From positions 832,001-896,000 of the forward strand of contig OZ220480.1 of NCBI GenBank assembly GCA_965116025.1: 64,000 nt of DNA, in the 5' to 3' direction. The DNA comes from an uncultured candidatus Porisulfidus sp. (GTDB lineage: Bacteria; Pseudomonadota; Gammaproteobacteria; Poriferisulfidales; Poriferisulfidaceae). This document shows, piece after piece, positions 26,639 to 38,168 of the stretch (position 1 is its first letter; the number at the start of each line of letters is the position of its first letter). The translations under genes were made by a program, and so were the position numbers. The notes under the pieces were generated by a model. The model had not been told where the DNA came from, ran no database searches, and worked only from the letters and a program-made list of their open reading frames with translations.

Positions 26639-27919
26639 ATGCCCGCTGAAAAACTTGTCTTCCCTGGCCGAAACTATCTCTACGCGCCGGGCCCCACGCA
26701 CATTCCGGTCGCGGTCCAGAACGCCATGATCGTTCCGATGGAGGACCATCGGGCCCCCGACTTCCCCAAACTGGTCAAGCCCCTTCTGCGCGACCTGAAC
26801 AAGATCTTCAAGACCCGCTCCGGCAAGAGCTTCATCTTTCCCGCCACCGGCACCGCCGGCTGGGAGGTCGCGCTGACCAACACCTTGTCGCCAGGCGATC
26901 GCGTCCTGACCGCCCGGTTCGGGCAGTTCTCTCATTTATGGGCGGACTTGGCCGCGCGCATGGGGCTGGATGTCGAGCTGGTGCAGGTTCCTTGGGGCGA
27001 GGGCGTGCCGCTCAAGGAGTTCGAGCGCATCCTGAAGAACGACAAGGAGCATTCGATCAAGGCGGTTCTGGCCTGCCACAACGAGACCGCGACGGGGGTC
27101 ACCAGCGACATCGCGGGCTTGCGCAAGGTCTTGGACCGGGCCAAGCATCCGGCGATGCTGATGGTCGACGGCGTCAGCTCCATCGCCAGCATCGATTTCC
27201 GCATGGACGACTGGAAAGTCGACGTGGCGGTGTCCGGCTCGCAGAAGGGCTTCATGCTGCCGGCCGGCATGGCGCTGGTTTGTTTCTCGCGTCGCGCTCT
27301 GGCGGCGGCCAAGAAGGCCGGGTGCAAGCGTTGCTTCCTGGATATCGCCGACCACATCGCGACCAACAAGGACGGCTTTTTCCCGTACACCCCCTCGGCG
27401 CCGATGCTGCGCGGCCTGCGCGCCTCGCTCGACCTGTTGCTCGGAGAGGGACTGGAGAACGTGTTCAAGCGTCACCATCGGCTCGCCGAGGGCGTGCGTC
27501 AGGCGATTTCCGGGTGGAAGCTGGATCTATGCGCGACCCATCCGAAATGGTACTCCGACACGGTGTCCGCCATCAAGGTGCCAAAGAACGTGAACGCGGC
27601 CGAGGTCATTCATATCGCTTATCATCGCTACAACGTCTCGCTGGGCGCCGGCCTGTCCGAGGTGGCGGGCAAGGTGTTCCGCATCGGCCATCTGGGCGAC
27701 AACAACGAGGTCCGCATGATGGCGGCTCTCGGCGGCGTGGAGATGGCGATGCGCGACGCCGGCATGAAGGTCCGTCCAGGCTCGGGCGTGGCGAAGGCGG
27801 TCGAGTACTATTGCGACACCGCGGCCGGCAAGAAGAAGATTCCCGCGTTCGGCTCGGGCAAGGGCTCGCGCGACACGGTGGCCAAGAAGAAATCCGCTCC
27901 GAAGCGCGCGAGGAAGTGA
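26639..27919 (+). CDS. sgaA: serine--glyoxylate aminotransferase
   Basis: PGPT, MEDHRAPDF, HNETATGV, SGSQKGFM (PLP lysine) and FRIGHLG motifs; serine-cycle context. Confidence 0.92.
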   Translation: MPAEKLVFPGRNYLYAPGPTHIPVAVQNAMIVPMEDHRAPDFPKLVKPLLRDLNKIFKTRSGKSFIFPATGTAGWEVALTNTLSPGDRVLTARFGQFSHLWADLAARMGLDVELVQVPWGEGVPLKEFERILKNDKEHSIKAVLACHNETATGVTSDIAGLRKVLDRAKHPAMLMVDGVSSIASIDFRMDDWKVDVAVSGSQKGFMLPAGMALVCFSRRALAAAKKAGCKRCFLDIADHIATNKDGFFPYTPSAPMLRGLRASLDLLLGEGLENVFKRHHRLAEGVRQAISGWKLDLCATHPKWYSDTVSAIKVPKNVNAAEVIHIAYHRYNVSLGAGLSEVAGKVFRIGHLGDNNEVRMMAALGGVEMAMRDAGMKVRPGSGVAKAVEYYCDTAAGKKKIPAFGSGKGSRDTVAKKKSAPKRARK

Positions 27920-27929
27920 GGCGCTCGCC

Positions 27930-28871
27930 ATGAGCCATACCCAAGCCACCCCCGCCCCGACCCGCCTGCAGCGCAGCGAGCTGGCGGTGCCGGGATCCAA
28001 TCCGGCGCTGTTCGAGAAGGCGCTGAGTTCCGCGGTCGACTACGTCTTTCTCGACTTGGAGGACGCGGTCGCGCCGGGAGACAAGGAGCGAGCTCGGAGC
28101 AACGTCATCGAGGCCCTGCGCGACCTCGACTGGCGCGGCGCGGGCAAGACCATCTCGGTGCGCATCAACGGGCTGGATACCCACTACATGTACCGCGACG
28201 TGGTGGATCTGATGGAACGGGCCGGCGACCGGCTGGACACGATCCTGATCCCGAAGGTGGGCGTGCCCGCGGACGTCTATATGGTCGAGGCGATGGTGAG
28301 CCAGATTGAGCAAGGCATGGGTTTCGAGACCCGGGTCGGTCTGGAGGCCCTGATCGAGACGGCGCTCGGCATGGCCAACGTCGAGGCGACCGCCGCGTAT
28401 GGCGGGCGTTTGGAGGCGTTGCATTTCGGGGTGGCCGACTACGCCGCCTCCAACCGCGCGCGCACGGTCAACATCGGCGGGCTGAACCCCGACTACCCGG
28501 GGGACCAGTGGCACTTCGCCCTGTCCCGGATGACGGTCGCGTGCCGGGCGCATGGCCTGCGGGCGATCGACGGGCCATTTGGCGATTTCAAGGATCCAGA
28601 CGCTTACCGCGCGGCGGCGCGGCGGGCCGCCGCGCTGGGTATCGAGGGCAAGTGGGCGATCCACCCGTCCCAGATCGAGCTGGCCAACGAGATATTCTCT
28701 CCGCCGGAAGCGGAGGTGGATCGGGCCCGGCGGATTCTGAAGGAACTGGAGGTCGCGGCGGCGGAAGGCCGGGGCGCGGCCGCCGTCGACGGAAAGATGA
28801 TCGACGCCGCGTCGGCCCGGATGGCCGAGAACGTGGTTCGCCTCGCGGAGGCGATCGAGGCGCGCGGCTGA
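27930..28871 (+). CDS. mcl: malyl-CoA lyase
   Basis: RLQRSELAVPGSNP, DLEDAV, HFGVADY, DGPFGDF and GKWAIHP motifs. Confidence 0.92.
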   Translation: MSHTQATPAPTRLQRSELAVPGSNPALFEKALSSAVDYVFLDLEDAVAPGDKERARSNVIEALRDLDWRGAGKTISVRINGLDTHYMYRDVVDLMERAGDRLDTILIPKVGVPADVYMVEAMVSQIEQGMGFETRVGLEALIETALGMANVEATAAYGGRLEALHFGVADYAASNRARTVNIGGLNPDYPGDQWHFALSRMTVACRAHGLRAIDGPFGDFKDPDAYRAAARRAAALGIEGKWAIHPSQIELANEIFSPPEAEVDRARRILKELEVAAAEGRGAAAVDGKMIDAASARMAENVVRLAEAIEARG

Positions 28872-28890
28872 ACCGGCCGAGGAGGCAATC

Positions 28891-30060
28891 ATGCACATCC
28901 ACGAATATCAGGCCAAGGAGATCCTGGCCAACTACGGGATCCAGACGCAGCCAGGCACGCTGGTCTACAGCCCCGACCAGGCGGTGGCCGCCTACAACTC
29001 GCAAGGTTCCGCGGTGTGCGCGGTCAAGGCGCAGATCCATTCCGGCGCGCGCGGCAAGGCTGGCGGCATCCGGCTGTGCCGCAGCAACGACGAGGTTCGC
29101 CGCGCCGCGGACGAGATGCTCGGCGAGCGGCTGGTGACCCATCAGACCGGATCCGCCGGCAAGCTGGTGCAGAAGCTTTACGTCGAGGCTGGCGTCGACA
29201 TCGACCGCGAGATATACCTAGCGTTTGTGCTGGACCGAGCCAAGCAACGGCACGTCGCCGTCGCTTCCGCCGAGGGCGGCGTGGAAATCGAGCAGCTGGC
29301 CCACGAGAAGCCGGAGAGCATCCTGCGCATCAGCATCGATCCGGCCTCCGGCATGCGCCACTTCCAGGCGCAGGAGTTGGCCTTTGGGCTGGGACTGGAG
29401 GCGGACCTCGTGAAGCAGGCGGTAGGCACGTTCCGTGGCCTGTACAAGGCGATGGTCGAGCTGGACGCGAGCATGGTCGAGATCAACCCGCTGGTGGTGA
29501 CCCGGGACCGGCGCCTGATCGCGCTGGACGCCAAGATGGAATTCGACGACAATGCGCTGTTCCGGCACCGCGAGGTCGCGGAGCTGCGCGACATGTCGCA
29601 GGAAGACCCGCGCGAGACCGCGGCCTCCGACCACGACCTCAGCTACGTGGGCTTGGACGGCGACATCGGCTGCATGATCAACGGGGCCGGGCTCGCCATG
29701 GCCACCATGGACATGATCAAGCTGTCCGGCGGCGAGCCGGCCAATTTCCTCGACATCGGCGGCGGAGCGTCGCCGGAGCGGGTGGCCAAGGCCTTCGAGC
29801 TGGTGCTGCAGGACGGCAACGTCAAGGCCATGCTCGTGAACATCTTCGCGGGGATCAACCGGTGCGACTGGATCGCCGAGGGCCTGATCAAGGCGCTGGG
29901 CGTGGTCGATCTGGGCGTGCCCTTGGTGGTGCGCCTGTCGGGCACCAATGTGGAGGAAGGCACCCGGATGCTGCGCGACAGCGGGCTGCCCATCATCATG
30001 GCCGACACGCTGGCCGACGCCGCCGAGCGGGCGGTGGCCGCGCGCGGACAGGGAGGTTGA
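28891..30060 (+). CDS. mtkA: malate thiokinase (malate--CoA ligase) beta subunit
   Basis: SucC-like fold (HEYQAK, NGAGLAMAT) with the Mtk-type AGINRCD and HSGARG; serine-cycle context. Confidence 0.88.
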   Translation: MHIHEYQAKEILANYGIQTQPGTLVYSPDQAVAAYNSQGSAVCAVKAQIHSGARGKAGGIRLCRSNDEVRRAADEMLGERLVTHQTGSAGKLVQKLYVEAGVDIDREIYLAFVLDRAKQRHVAVASAEGGVEIEQLAHEKPESILRISIDPASGMRHFQAQELAFGLGLEADLVKQAVGTFRGLYKAMVELDASMVEINPLVVTRDRRLIALDAKMEFDDNALFRHREVAELRDMSQEDPRETAASDHDLSYVGLDGDIGCMINGAGLAMATMDMIKLSGGEPANFLDIGGGASPERVAKAFELVLQDGNVKAMLVNIFAGINRCDWIAEGLIKALGVVDLGVPLVVRLSGTNVEEGTRMLRDSGLPIIMADTLADAAERAVAARGQGG

Positions 30061-30064
30061 CGCG

Positions 30065-30952
<888 letters not shown>

Positions 30953-30960
30953 GAGAGCGC

Positions 30961-31932
30961 ATGTCAAAACCCAAAGTCATCGCCACGCGCCGCTGGCCCG
31001 AGCCGGTCGAGGCGCGTCTGTTCGAGAGCTACGATTTCACGCTCAACGAGGACGACCATCCGATGAGCGCCGACGAGTTGCGCCAGGCTTTGCGCGAATA
31101 CGACGCGGTCTGCCCGACCGTGACCGACCCGATCACTTCCGACGTGCTCGGAATCGACGGGATCCGCGCGCGAATACTCGGAAACTTCGGGGTCGGCTTC
31201 AACCACATCGACCTGGACGCCGCCACGCGCGCCGGCCTCGTCGTGACCAACACGCCGGAGGTCCTCACCGACTGCACGGCGGATATCGCCATGAACTTGC
31301 TGCTGACCGTCGCCCGGCGCACCGGCGAGGGCGAGCGGCATCTGCGGGCCGAGGAGTGGGCCGGCTGGCGCCCGACCCATATGCTGGGGACCAAGGTGAC
31401 CGGCAAGACCCTGGGGTGCGTCGGTTTCGGGCGCATCGCCCAGGCCATGGCGCGGCGTTGCCATTTCGGGTTCGGCATGCCGGTGATCTTCCACGACCCG
31501 TATCCGCCGAAGCCGGAGGTGGTGGAGGAATTCCAGGCGGTCGCCTGCGACTCCGTCGAGGAGGTTCTGGAGCGCGCGGACTTCGTGTCTCTGCATTGCC
31601 CCGGCGGCGAGTCCACCTATCACTTGATCAACGAGGAGCGGTTGGCGCGGATGAAGCCGTCCGCGTTCCTGATCAACTCCGCGCGCGGCGACATCATCGA
31701 CAACCAGGCCTTGATCGCGGCCCTGAGAGACGGCGTCATCGCGGGGGCCGGGCTCGACGTCTTCGAGGGCGAGCCGGAGCTGGATCCCCGCTTTCTGGAC
31801 CTTGAGAACGCGGTTCTGCTGCCGCATCTGGGCAGCGCTTCGACCGAGACCCGGATCGCCATGGGCATGCGGGTCGTAGAGAACCTGGACCTTTTCTTCT
31901 CCGAGCGGGAGCCGCGCGACCGCGTCGCCTGA
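30961..31932 (+). CDS. D-2-hydroxyacid dehydrogenase (hydroxypyruvate/glyoxylate reductase)
   Basis: GFGRIA, INSARG, GLDVFEGEP and PHLGSA motifs; occupies the Hpr role by context. Confidence 0.85.
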   Translation: MSKPKVIATRRWPEPVEARLFESYDFTLNEDDHPMSADELRQALREYDAVCPTVTDPITSDVLGIDGIRARILGNFGVGFNHIDLDAATRAGLVVTNTPEVLTDCTADIAMNLLLTVARRTGEGERHLRAEEWAGWRPTHMLGTKVTGKTLGCVGFGRIAQAMARRCHFGFGMPVIFHDPYPPKPEVVEEFQAVACDSVEEVLERADFVSLHCPGGESTYHLINEERLARMKPSAFLINSARGDIIDNQALIAALRDGVIAGAGLDVFEGEPELDPRFLDLENAVLLPHLGSASTETRIAMGMRVVENLDLFFSEREPRDRVA

Positions 31933-31961
31933 ACGCCCGGCCCGGGCTCGGTCCAGACCGC

Positions 31962-34664
31962 ATGCCGTCCGAAGCCGCCTCTCCCGCCGACCGCCCGGAA
32001 GACCGCATACGCGCGGAGACCCTGCGCTATACCGAAGGCATGGTCCAGCGGCTGGGCGGGCTGCTGATGAAGGTCATTCGCCGGCGGTCCCCCGAGATCG
32101 TGCAGATCGTCGAGAGCCAAGGGCCGATGACCCCGACGACCCGCCTGCGCGTCCTGCAGGCGTACGGAATCGGTTTTCAACTGTTCAACATCGCGGAGCA
32201 GAACGCCGCGGTTCGCCGCCGTCGGGCGATCGAGCGCGAGCTCGGTCCGCGGCGGGTTCCCGGCTCCTTCTCCGCGGCGCTCGCGCGCGCGCGCGCCGTC
32301 GGGCTTGACGCCGAGGCCGTTCGCGAACGACTGGAGGACGCGCAGGTCGTGCCGGTGCTGACGGCGCACCCGACCGAGGCCAAGCGGGTGACGGTGCTGG
32401 AAATCCATCGCCGCATCTACGTCCTGCTCAAGGAGCTGGAAGAGACCCGCTACACCGAACGCGAGCGGCGGCGCACGGTCCGCGCGATCCGCGAAGAGAT
32501 CGACCTGCTTTGGATGACCGGAGAGATCCGGCTGACTAAGCCCACCGTGACCGAGGAGGTCGCGTGGGTTCTGCACTTTTTCGACGAATCCCTGTACCAC
32601 GGCGCGCGCGATCTGTTCTGGCAGCTGTCGCAGGCGCTGGAGGAGCACTATCCCGACGCCCGCTTCGAGACGCCGCCGCTACTGCGCTTCGGTTGCTGGG
32701 TCGGAGGCGATCGCGACGGCAACCCCCACGTGACCCCCGAGGTGACCCGGGAGGCCCTCGAGGGCTACCGAAAGGCCGCGCTGGAGCGCCTGCGCCGGCA
32801 GATGGCCAAGGCCCGAAGCCGGTTGTCCATCGCCGCGCACGCGGTGCGCGTGCCAGGAGAGTTTTTGTCTCGGCTCGACGTGATGCTGGGCGGACAGGAG
32901 GACGCGGACGCGTTGCGCGCCCGAAACCCCCAAGAGGTGTTTCGGCAATACCTGAACCTCTTGATGCGCCGTCTGGACGCGACCCGAGACGAGCGCCCGG
33001 ACGGTTACGCGAACGCGGCCGAGCTGGTGGAGGACCTCAAGGCGCTGGAGCGGGCCCTGCGCGATACCGACAGCGACTCCATCGCCGACTCGCTGGTCCG
33101 CCCACTTCGCTTGGAGGCGCAGGTGTTCGGCTTTCACACCGTGAGCCTGGACGTTCGGGAGAACAGCACGGTCATCAACGATACCTTGAGGGTCCTGTAT
33201 CGCCAGCTGGAGGAAGAGGACCCGCCGACGGCGGAGAGCGAGGCCTGGCTGGAATGGCTGAAGCGGCGGCTGGGCGAGCCCATGGAGGACCTCCCGGAAT
33301 TTGATCTCGAGGACGGAATGGCGCGCAAGACCATGGAGCTGTTCCGCCTGATCGGTGAGGTCGCGCGGCGGAGCGGCATGGAACCCTTCGGAGCCTTCAT
33401 TCTGAGCATGACGCACACCCAAGCGGATTTGCTGGGAGTGTATCTGCTGGCGAAATACGGCGGGTTGTTCTCCGACCTCAAGAATTGCGAGACTTGCCGC
33501 CTGCCGGTGGTGCCGTTACTGGAGACGATTGAGGATCTGCGCCGAGGGCCCGGGTTGCTGCGCGACCTGCTCGACATCCCACTGGTGCGGCGCAGCGTCC
33601 GCGCCGGGCCTGGCGTGATGGAGGTGATGGTGGGCTACTCGGACTCCAACAAGGATGGCGGTTTCCTGTGCTCTAACCATGAGGTGGCGCTGGCCCAGTC
33701 GCGGATGCGCCGAGTGGGCGAGGAGAAGGGCGTGCCGGTAGCGTTTTTTCATGGCCGCGGCGGCTCGTCCTCGCGCGGTGGGATGCCGGCGGGCCGAGCG
33801 ATCGCCGCCCAGCCACCCGGCACCATCGGTGAGCGGATGCGATTGACCGAACAAGGCGAGGTCGTGTCGGGAAAATACGCCAACCGCGGCTACGCGGAGA
33901 CGCAGTTGGAAATCCTCGCGGCCAGCGTGCTGGAACATTCCTTGCCGAGCGAAGAGGACCCGCACCCCGGCTTCGAGGAGGCCATGGAAGCTCTGTCGCG
34001 CCTGTCGCACACCGCCTATCGGAAGCTCGCCGACCATCCCGGACTGGTCATGTTCTACCAGGATGCCTCGCCGGTCGAGGAGCTGGCGTTGCTCAAGATC
34101 GGCTCGCGCCCGATGCGCCGCTTCGGCGCCAACACGCTGGACGATCTGCGCGCTATTCCCTGGGTGTTCGCGTGGACCCAGAACCGCATGATGATTCCGG
34201 GGTGGTACGGGGTGGGCGACGCGATCTCGGAGTTCCTTCGGGTGCGCGGCGAGGAGGGGGAAAGCCTGTTGCGCGAGATGTTCGAATCTCACCGCCTCTT
34301 CCGGCTGGTGATCGACGAGGTCGAGAAGACTCTGTTTCAGGTCCAGCTCGATATCGCGCGGGACTACGCCGCGCTGGTTCCGGATCCCGAAGTCGGTGCC
34401 GAGATATTCTCCATGATCGAGCGAGAGTACGAGCGGACCCGAGAAGCCGTGCTTCAGGTATCCGGCAGCGAGGACCTGTGCGACCGCTTCGTGATGTTTC
34501 GCGACCGCCTGTCGAGGCGCTTGCCGATCATCAACCGGGTTAGCCGCGAGCAGGTCGAGTTGATCAAGCTGTGCCGGGGCGAGGAGCGCCCGGAGACCCA
34601 GGACCTGGTTCCGTTGTTGCTGTCGATCAACTGCGTGGCGGCCGGGCTCGGCTGGACCGGATGA
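31962..34664 (+). CDS. ppc: phosphoenolpyruvate carboxylase
   Basis: VLTAHPTE, GGDRDGNP, GYSDSNKDGG, FHGRGG, LRAIPW and a C-terminal GWTG. Confidence 0.95.
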   Translation: MPSEAASPADRPEDRIRAETLRYTEGMVQRLGGLLMKVIRRRSPEIVQIVESQGPMTPTTRLRVLQAYGIGFQLFNIAEQNAAVRRRRAIERELGPRRVPGSFSAALARARAVGLDAEAVRERLEDAQVVPVLTAHPTEAKRVTVLEIHRRIYVLLKELEETRYTERERRRTVRAIREEIDLLWMTGEIRLTKPTVTEEVAWVLHFFDESLYHGARDLFWQLSQALEEHYPDARFETPPLLRFGCWVGGDRDGNPHVTPEVTREALEGYRKAALERLRRQMAKARSRLSIAAHAVRVPGEFLSRLDVMLGGQEDADALRARNPQEVFRQYLNLLMRRLDATRDERPDGYANAAELVEDLKALERALRDTDSDSIADSLVRPLRLEAQVFGFHTVSLDVRENSTVINDTLRVLYRQLEEEDPPTAESEAWLEWLKRRLGEPMEDLPEFDLEDGMARKTMELFRLIGEVARRSGMEPFGAFILSMTHTQADLLGVYLLAKYGGLFSDLKNCETCRLPVVPLLETIEDLRRGPGLLRDLLDIPLVRRSVRAGPGVMEVMVGYSDSNKDGGFLCSNHEVALAQSRMRRVGEEKGVPVAFFHGRGGSSSRGGMPAGRAIAAQPPGTIGERMRLTEQGEVVSGKYANRGYAETQLEILAASVLEHSLPSEEDPHPGFEEAMEALSRLSHTAYRKLADHPGLVMFYQDASPVEELALLKIGSRPMRRFGANTLDDLRAIPWVFAWTQNRMMIPGWYGVGDAISEFLRVRGEEGESLLREMFESHRLFRLVIDEVEKTLFQVQLDIARDYAALVPDPEVGAEIFSMIEREYERTREAVLQVSGSEDLCDRFVMFRDRLSRRLPIINRVSREQVELIKLCRGEERPETQDLVPLLLSINCVAAGLGWTG

Positions 34665-34717
34665 TATCCACGGTCGGGCGCGCCGTCGCTTAAAATCCTC
34701 ACGACCAAGGAGGATCG

Positions 34718-35578
34718 ATGAAGAATCTGCTCATTCATCTGGATACGGACGAACGGCCATCCGCTTTTGATCAGGTGGTCGCCTACGATGGCGGGGCGGA
34801 CGCCGTGCTGGCCTATGGCGGGGTGGACGCCGACAACTGCTTCTCCCTAGTGGAAGGCGCGATCTTCACGCGCCCGTCGAAACGCAAGCGCCACACCGCG
34901 ATTCTGGTCGGTGGCAGCGATCTGGCGAAGGCCCAGGCGCTCATGGAAGCCGTGCGCTCCCAGTTCTTCCAGGATTTTCGGGTGTCGGTGATGCTGGACG
35001 CCAATGGTTGCAACACCACGGCGGCGGCGGCGGTCGCGACGTTGGGCGCCGCGGTCCCGCTGGAAGGCGCTCGCGCCACGGTGCTGGCGGGAACCGGGCC
35101 GGTCGGACAACGCGCGGCCATGATGCTCGCGCGATCAGGAGCGAAAGCGCGCCTGAGCTCGCGCCGGCTCGAGCGCGCGCGTCAGGCTTGCGAGGAGATC
35201 GCGACGCGCTTCGGCGTGGAAGTGGAGCCCGTGGCGGCGGCGGACGCGGCCGGGACGGCCGCCGCGATCAAGGACGCGACCATCGTCTTGACGACGGGCC
35301 AAGCCGGGGCTCTGCTGTTGCCGTGCGAGATTTGGGAGGCGTCCTCTAGCCTGCGCGCGGTCGGGGACGTGGGCACCAGCCCGCCACTGGGCGTGGAAGG
35401 CATGGAGCTAACCGACAAGGGGCGGGAGGCGAGCGGGATCCTCCTGTTCGGCGGGCTGGCTATCGGGGCCCTGAAATTGCGTTCTCATCGCGAGGCGGTC
35501 TCGCGGATGTTCGAGAGCGCCGATCAGGTTTTGGACGCCGAGGAAATCTTGGCGCTGGCCCGTGAGCTTTACGACTGA
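34718..35578 (+). CDS. mtdA: NADP-dependent methylene-H4MPT/methylene-H4F dehydrogenase
   Basis: SAFDQVVAYDGG, GAIFTR, NGCNTTAAAAV and GTGPVG motifs. Confidence 0.9.
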   Translation: MKNLLIHLDTDERPSAFDQVVAYDGGADAVLAYGGVDADNCFSLVEGAIFTRPSKRKRHTAILVGGSDLAKAQALMEAVRSQFFQDFRVSVMLDANGCNTTAAAAVATLGAAVPLEGARATVLAGTGPVGQRAAMMLARSGAKARLSSRRLERARQACEEIATRFGVEVEPVAAADAAGTAAAIKDATIVLTTGQAGALLLPCEIWEASSSLRAVGDVGTSPPLGVEGMELTDKGREASGILLFGGLAIGALKLRSHREAVSRMFESADQVLDAEEILALARELYD

Positions 35579-36240
35579 CGCCGCCGCAACTCGGCATCGA
35601 TCCAGTCGATCCGCTCTCTGATATCTTCGGTCTGATAGCTGGCTTCCAGCCGCTCTCGCGCTTCCCGCACCGCTCGATAGGTTTCCCGCAGACGTTGGGA
35701 ATGCTGGCCGAGCTCCGTCCCGGGATCCTCATGATCCCGCAGCATGCGGTCTCGGACATCCGGTTTTCTCTGCATGATGCTCATCATCGCGGCGTAACTG
35801 ACGCCAAGGCGGAAATCGTACGGCTTGTACCGTTGCAGCGTGGTCACTTCCGGACGCAACTCCTCGACGATTTTGATCAGGGTGGACCGGAAGCTCATCA
35901 AGTCCTCCCGAAGGGTTCCCTCGACTTCGTATCGCTCGATGATATCCGGGATCATGTCGATGATCTGGATTCGCTCCTCGTCGTAGACCAGTAGCGCCCG
36001 AAGCAGTTGCTCCTCGAGCTCCTCGGTCGATGTGGCGGACGCGGCGCCTAATTGCTTCGCGTAGGCCTCGCGCTGGGCCCGAAGCTCGCTGACCGTATCG
36101 TCCCGCAACGATTCCGCGGATGGCAGGGACGCGCGTGGGATGTCGACGACCGGGTGCGGAGGCTCGCCTTCCGCGTTGGCGAGGAAGGGAGCGGCGGCCA
36201 GCAGGGCGCCGAGGAGGCGGGAAGAGGCGCGAAACGGCAT
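35569..36240 (-). CDS. hypothetical secreted helical protein
   Basis: Signal peptide ending ANA|E; coiled-coil-like; genome-typical codon usage. Confidence 0.65.
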   Translation of the reverse strand: MPFRASSRLLGALLAAAPFLANAEGEPPHPVVDIPRASLPSAESLRDDTVSELRAQREAYAKQLGAASATSTEELEEQLLRALLVYDEERIQIIDMIPDIIERYEVEGTLREDLMSFRSTLIKIVEELRPEVTTLQRYKPYDFRLGVSYAAMMSIMQRKPDVRDRMLRDHEDPGTELGQHSQRLRETYRAVREARERLEASYQTEDIRERIDWIDAELRRRQS

Positions 36241-36380
36241 GAAGAAGGGAGCGCTTGAGCGGACAGTATAACCGGGAAACCGGGAGTCCCGTGGAATGGC
36301 GCCCGCCAGTTTCTTTCAGTGAGTCCGAAAGCCTTGCTAAACGACCAGAATCATGGCATCATCATCAATGAGATTGAGCC

Positions 36381-37235
36381 ATGAACAAACGAATAGCGGA
36401 CTCCCCGGAATTTGGTGGGGAGTGGACGACGAAAAAGCTCAATATCCTTGAAGATTATCTTAATGCGTATACGACTGCGCTCAAAAGCCAACTGTTTGAT
36501 CTATGGTACATAGATGCCTTCGCGGGTACTGGCGATATTGATACTTCGACTAGCGATCAAAACGAGTTTCGTCTCTTCATTGAGGGATCGGCTAAACGAG
36601 CGATCAGCGTTAAGGACAAGCCATTCGACAGATTGATCTTCGTTGAACGAGATTCTGATCGGTGTTTCCACTTAGAAAAACTGCAGAGAGAGAACAAAAG
36701 CAGGAATATTGAGATCAAAAATACTGACGCTAACCAATATCTCTCGAATTTGGAGGGAAACTGGAACAAACGGAGAGGCGTGCTTTTCTTGGATCCATTC
36801 TCTATTCAAGTCGAGTGGGCCACCCTGCAGAAAGTCGCGGCTTACGAAGCGCTTGACACTTGGATTCTGTTTCCCGTCTCGACGATCGCGCGGATGCTTC
36901 CACAATCGCGAAGTCCCGAGGATATAGATGTTAGATGGGCGTCTCGTCTGACATCTGTTTTTGGAAACGCAAGTTGGCGGGGCCTGTACAAGAGAAGGCT
37001 CCAACACGATTTGTTTGATCCTGACGCGCAAGAAAGAGAGCAGGGCATAGAAGGGATTCTTGGATTGTATAAGGACAGGCTTTGGGAGTTATTTAGAGAC
37101 AGATTCCTTGATAGATCTTGGACGCTTAGAAACTCTAAAAACTCTCCATTATTCGAGTTCTTGTTTTGCGCGGGGAATCCGAAAGGGGCCGAGGTCGCCA
37201 AGAGAATCGCGAAACATCTCTTGAAGAATACCTAG
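36381..37235 (+). CDS. tcmP: three-Cys-motif partner protein (SAM-binding methyltransferase fold)
   Basis: WTTKKL..L..Y, YIDAFAGTG and FLDPF motifs; adjacent to DUF5131. Confidence 0.85.
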   Translation: MNKRIADSPEFGGEWTTKKLNILEDYLNAYTTALKSQLFDLWYIDAFAGTGDIDTSTSDQNEFRLFIEGSAKRAISVKDKPFDRLIFVERDSDRCFHLEKLQRENKSRNIEIKNTDANQYLSNLEGNWNKRRGVLFLDPFSIQVEWATLQKVAAYEALDTWILFPVSTIARMLPQSRSPEDIDVRWASRLTSVFGNASWRGLYKRRLQHDLFDPDAQEREQGIEGILGLYKDRLWELFRDRFLDRSWTLRNSKNSPLFEFLFCAGNPKGAEVAKRIAKHLLKNT

Positions 37236-37238
37236 ATT

Positions 37239-37952
37239 ATGGCCGCTCGCTCAAGCATCGAATGGACTGACGTTACGTGGAACCCCGTGACGGGTTGCAC
37301 CAAGATAAGTCACGGATGCAAACACTGCTATGCGGAACGGATGTCCAAGAGATTGCAGAAAATGGGTGTGAAGAAATATAGAGAGGGATTCTCGATCTCT
37401 ACGCACGAATCCATCCTTGAGGATCCGTTGAAATGGAAATCTCCCCGATTCGTTTTCGTCAACTCCATGTCCGATCTTTTCCATCAATCGGTTCCAACCG
37501 AATTCATAGAAAAGGTGTTCTCCGTCATGAATCGGGCATCACAGCATAAGTTTCAGGTTCTCACCAAGAGGCCAAGCCGAGTCGCGCGCTTGAACGATAG
37601 CCTGCGTTGGACACCGAACATTTGGCTTGGCGTCAGCGTCGAATCCGAGCGGTGGACGGAACGTTTGCTTCTTCTTAAAGAAACGAGTGCGGCTGTGAAG
37701 TTCTTATCTCTGGAACCCCTGCTTGGGCCGCTTCCAGATATGAATCTCGATGGCATTGATTGGGTGATCGTTGGCGGTGAGTCAGGTCCACGCGCGCGAT
37801 CAATGGAAGCCGATTGGGTACGTGACATCCGCGACCAGTGCGAAAGGAAGAGCGTGCCATTCTTCTTCAAACAATGGGGTGGCGTCTTCAAGAAGAAAAC
37901 TGGTCGAACGCTGGATAATCGCGTGTGGAACGAGATGCCCCGCCTTACGTGA
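37239..37952 (+). CDS. DUF5131 / phage Gp37-Gp68 family radical-SAM-like protein
   Basis: WNPVTGCTKISHGCKHCYA, NSMSDLFH, LTKR, GGESG and FFFKQWG motifs. Confidence 0.92.
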   Translation: MAARSSIEWTDVTWNPVTGCTKISHGCKHCYAERMSKRLQKMGVKKYREGFSISTHESILEDPLKWKSPRFVFVNSMSDLFHQSVPTEFIEKVFSVMNRASQHKFQVLTKRPSRVARLNDSLRWTPNIWLGVSVESERWTERLLLLKETSAAVKFLSLEPLLGPLPDMNLDGIDWVIVGGESGPRARSMEADWVRDIRDQCERKSVPFFFKQWGGVFKKKTGRTLDNRVWNEMPRLT

Positions 37953-38168
37953 TAGCATGCGGGGAAAAGATAGAGACCAAGTCTAATTGTCATCAGGCGG
38001 GCTTGGCTTCGCATTCCCGAATCGCAATCCACAAATCCGCTATATTTTGTCTCGCTCATCCCAAGTCTCAGGCTGGCTAATTTGCGTTACTGCGGGATCA
38101 GTTCGACAGTGCTCAATAACGAACGAGGAACGCCACTCGAAACCGAAAGGGCCAGTGCTGAAATCCAT

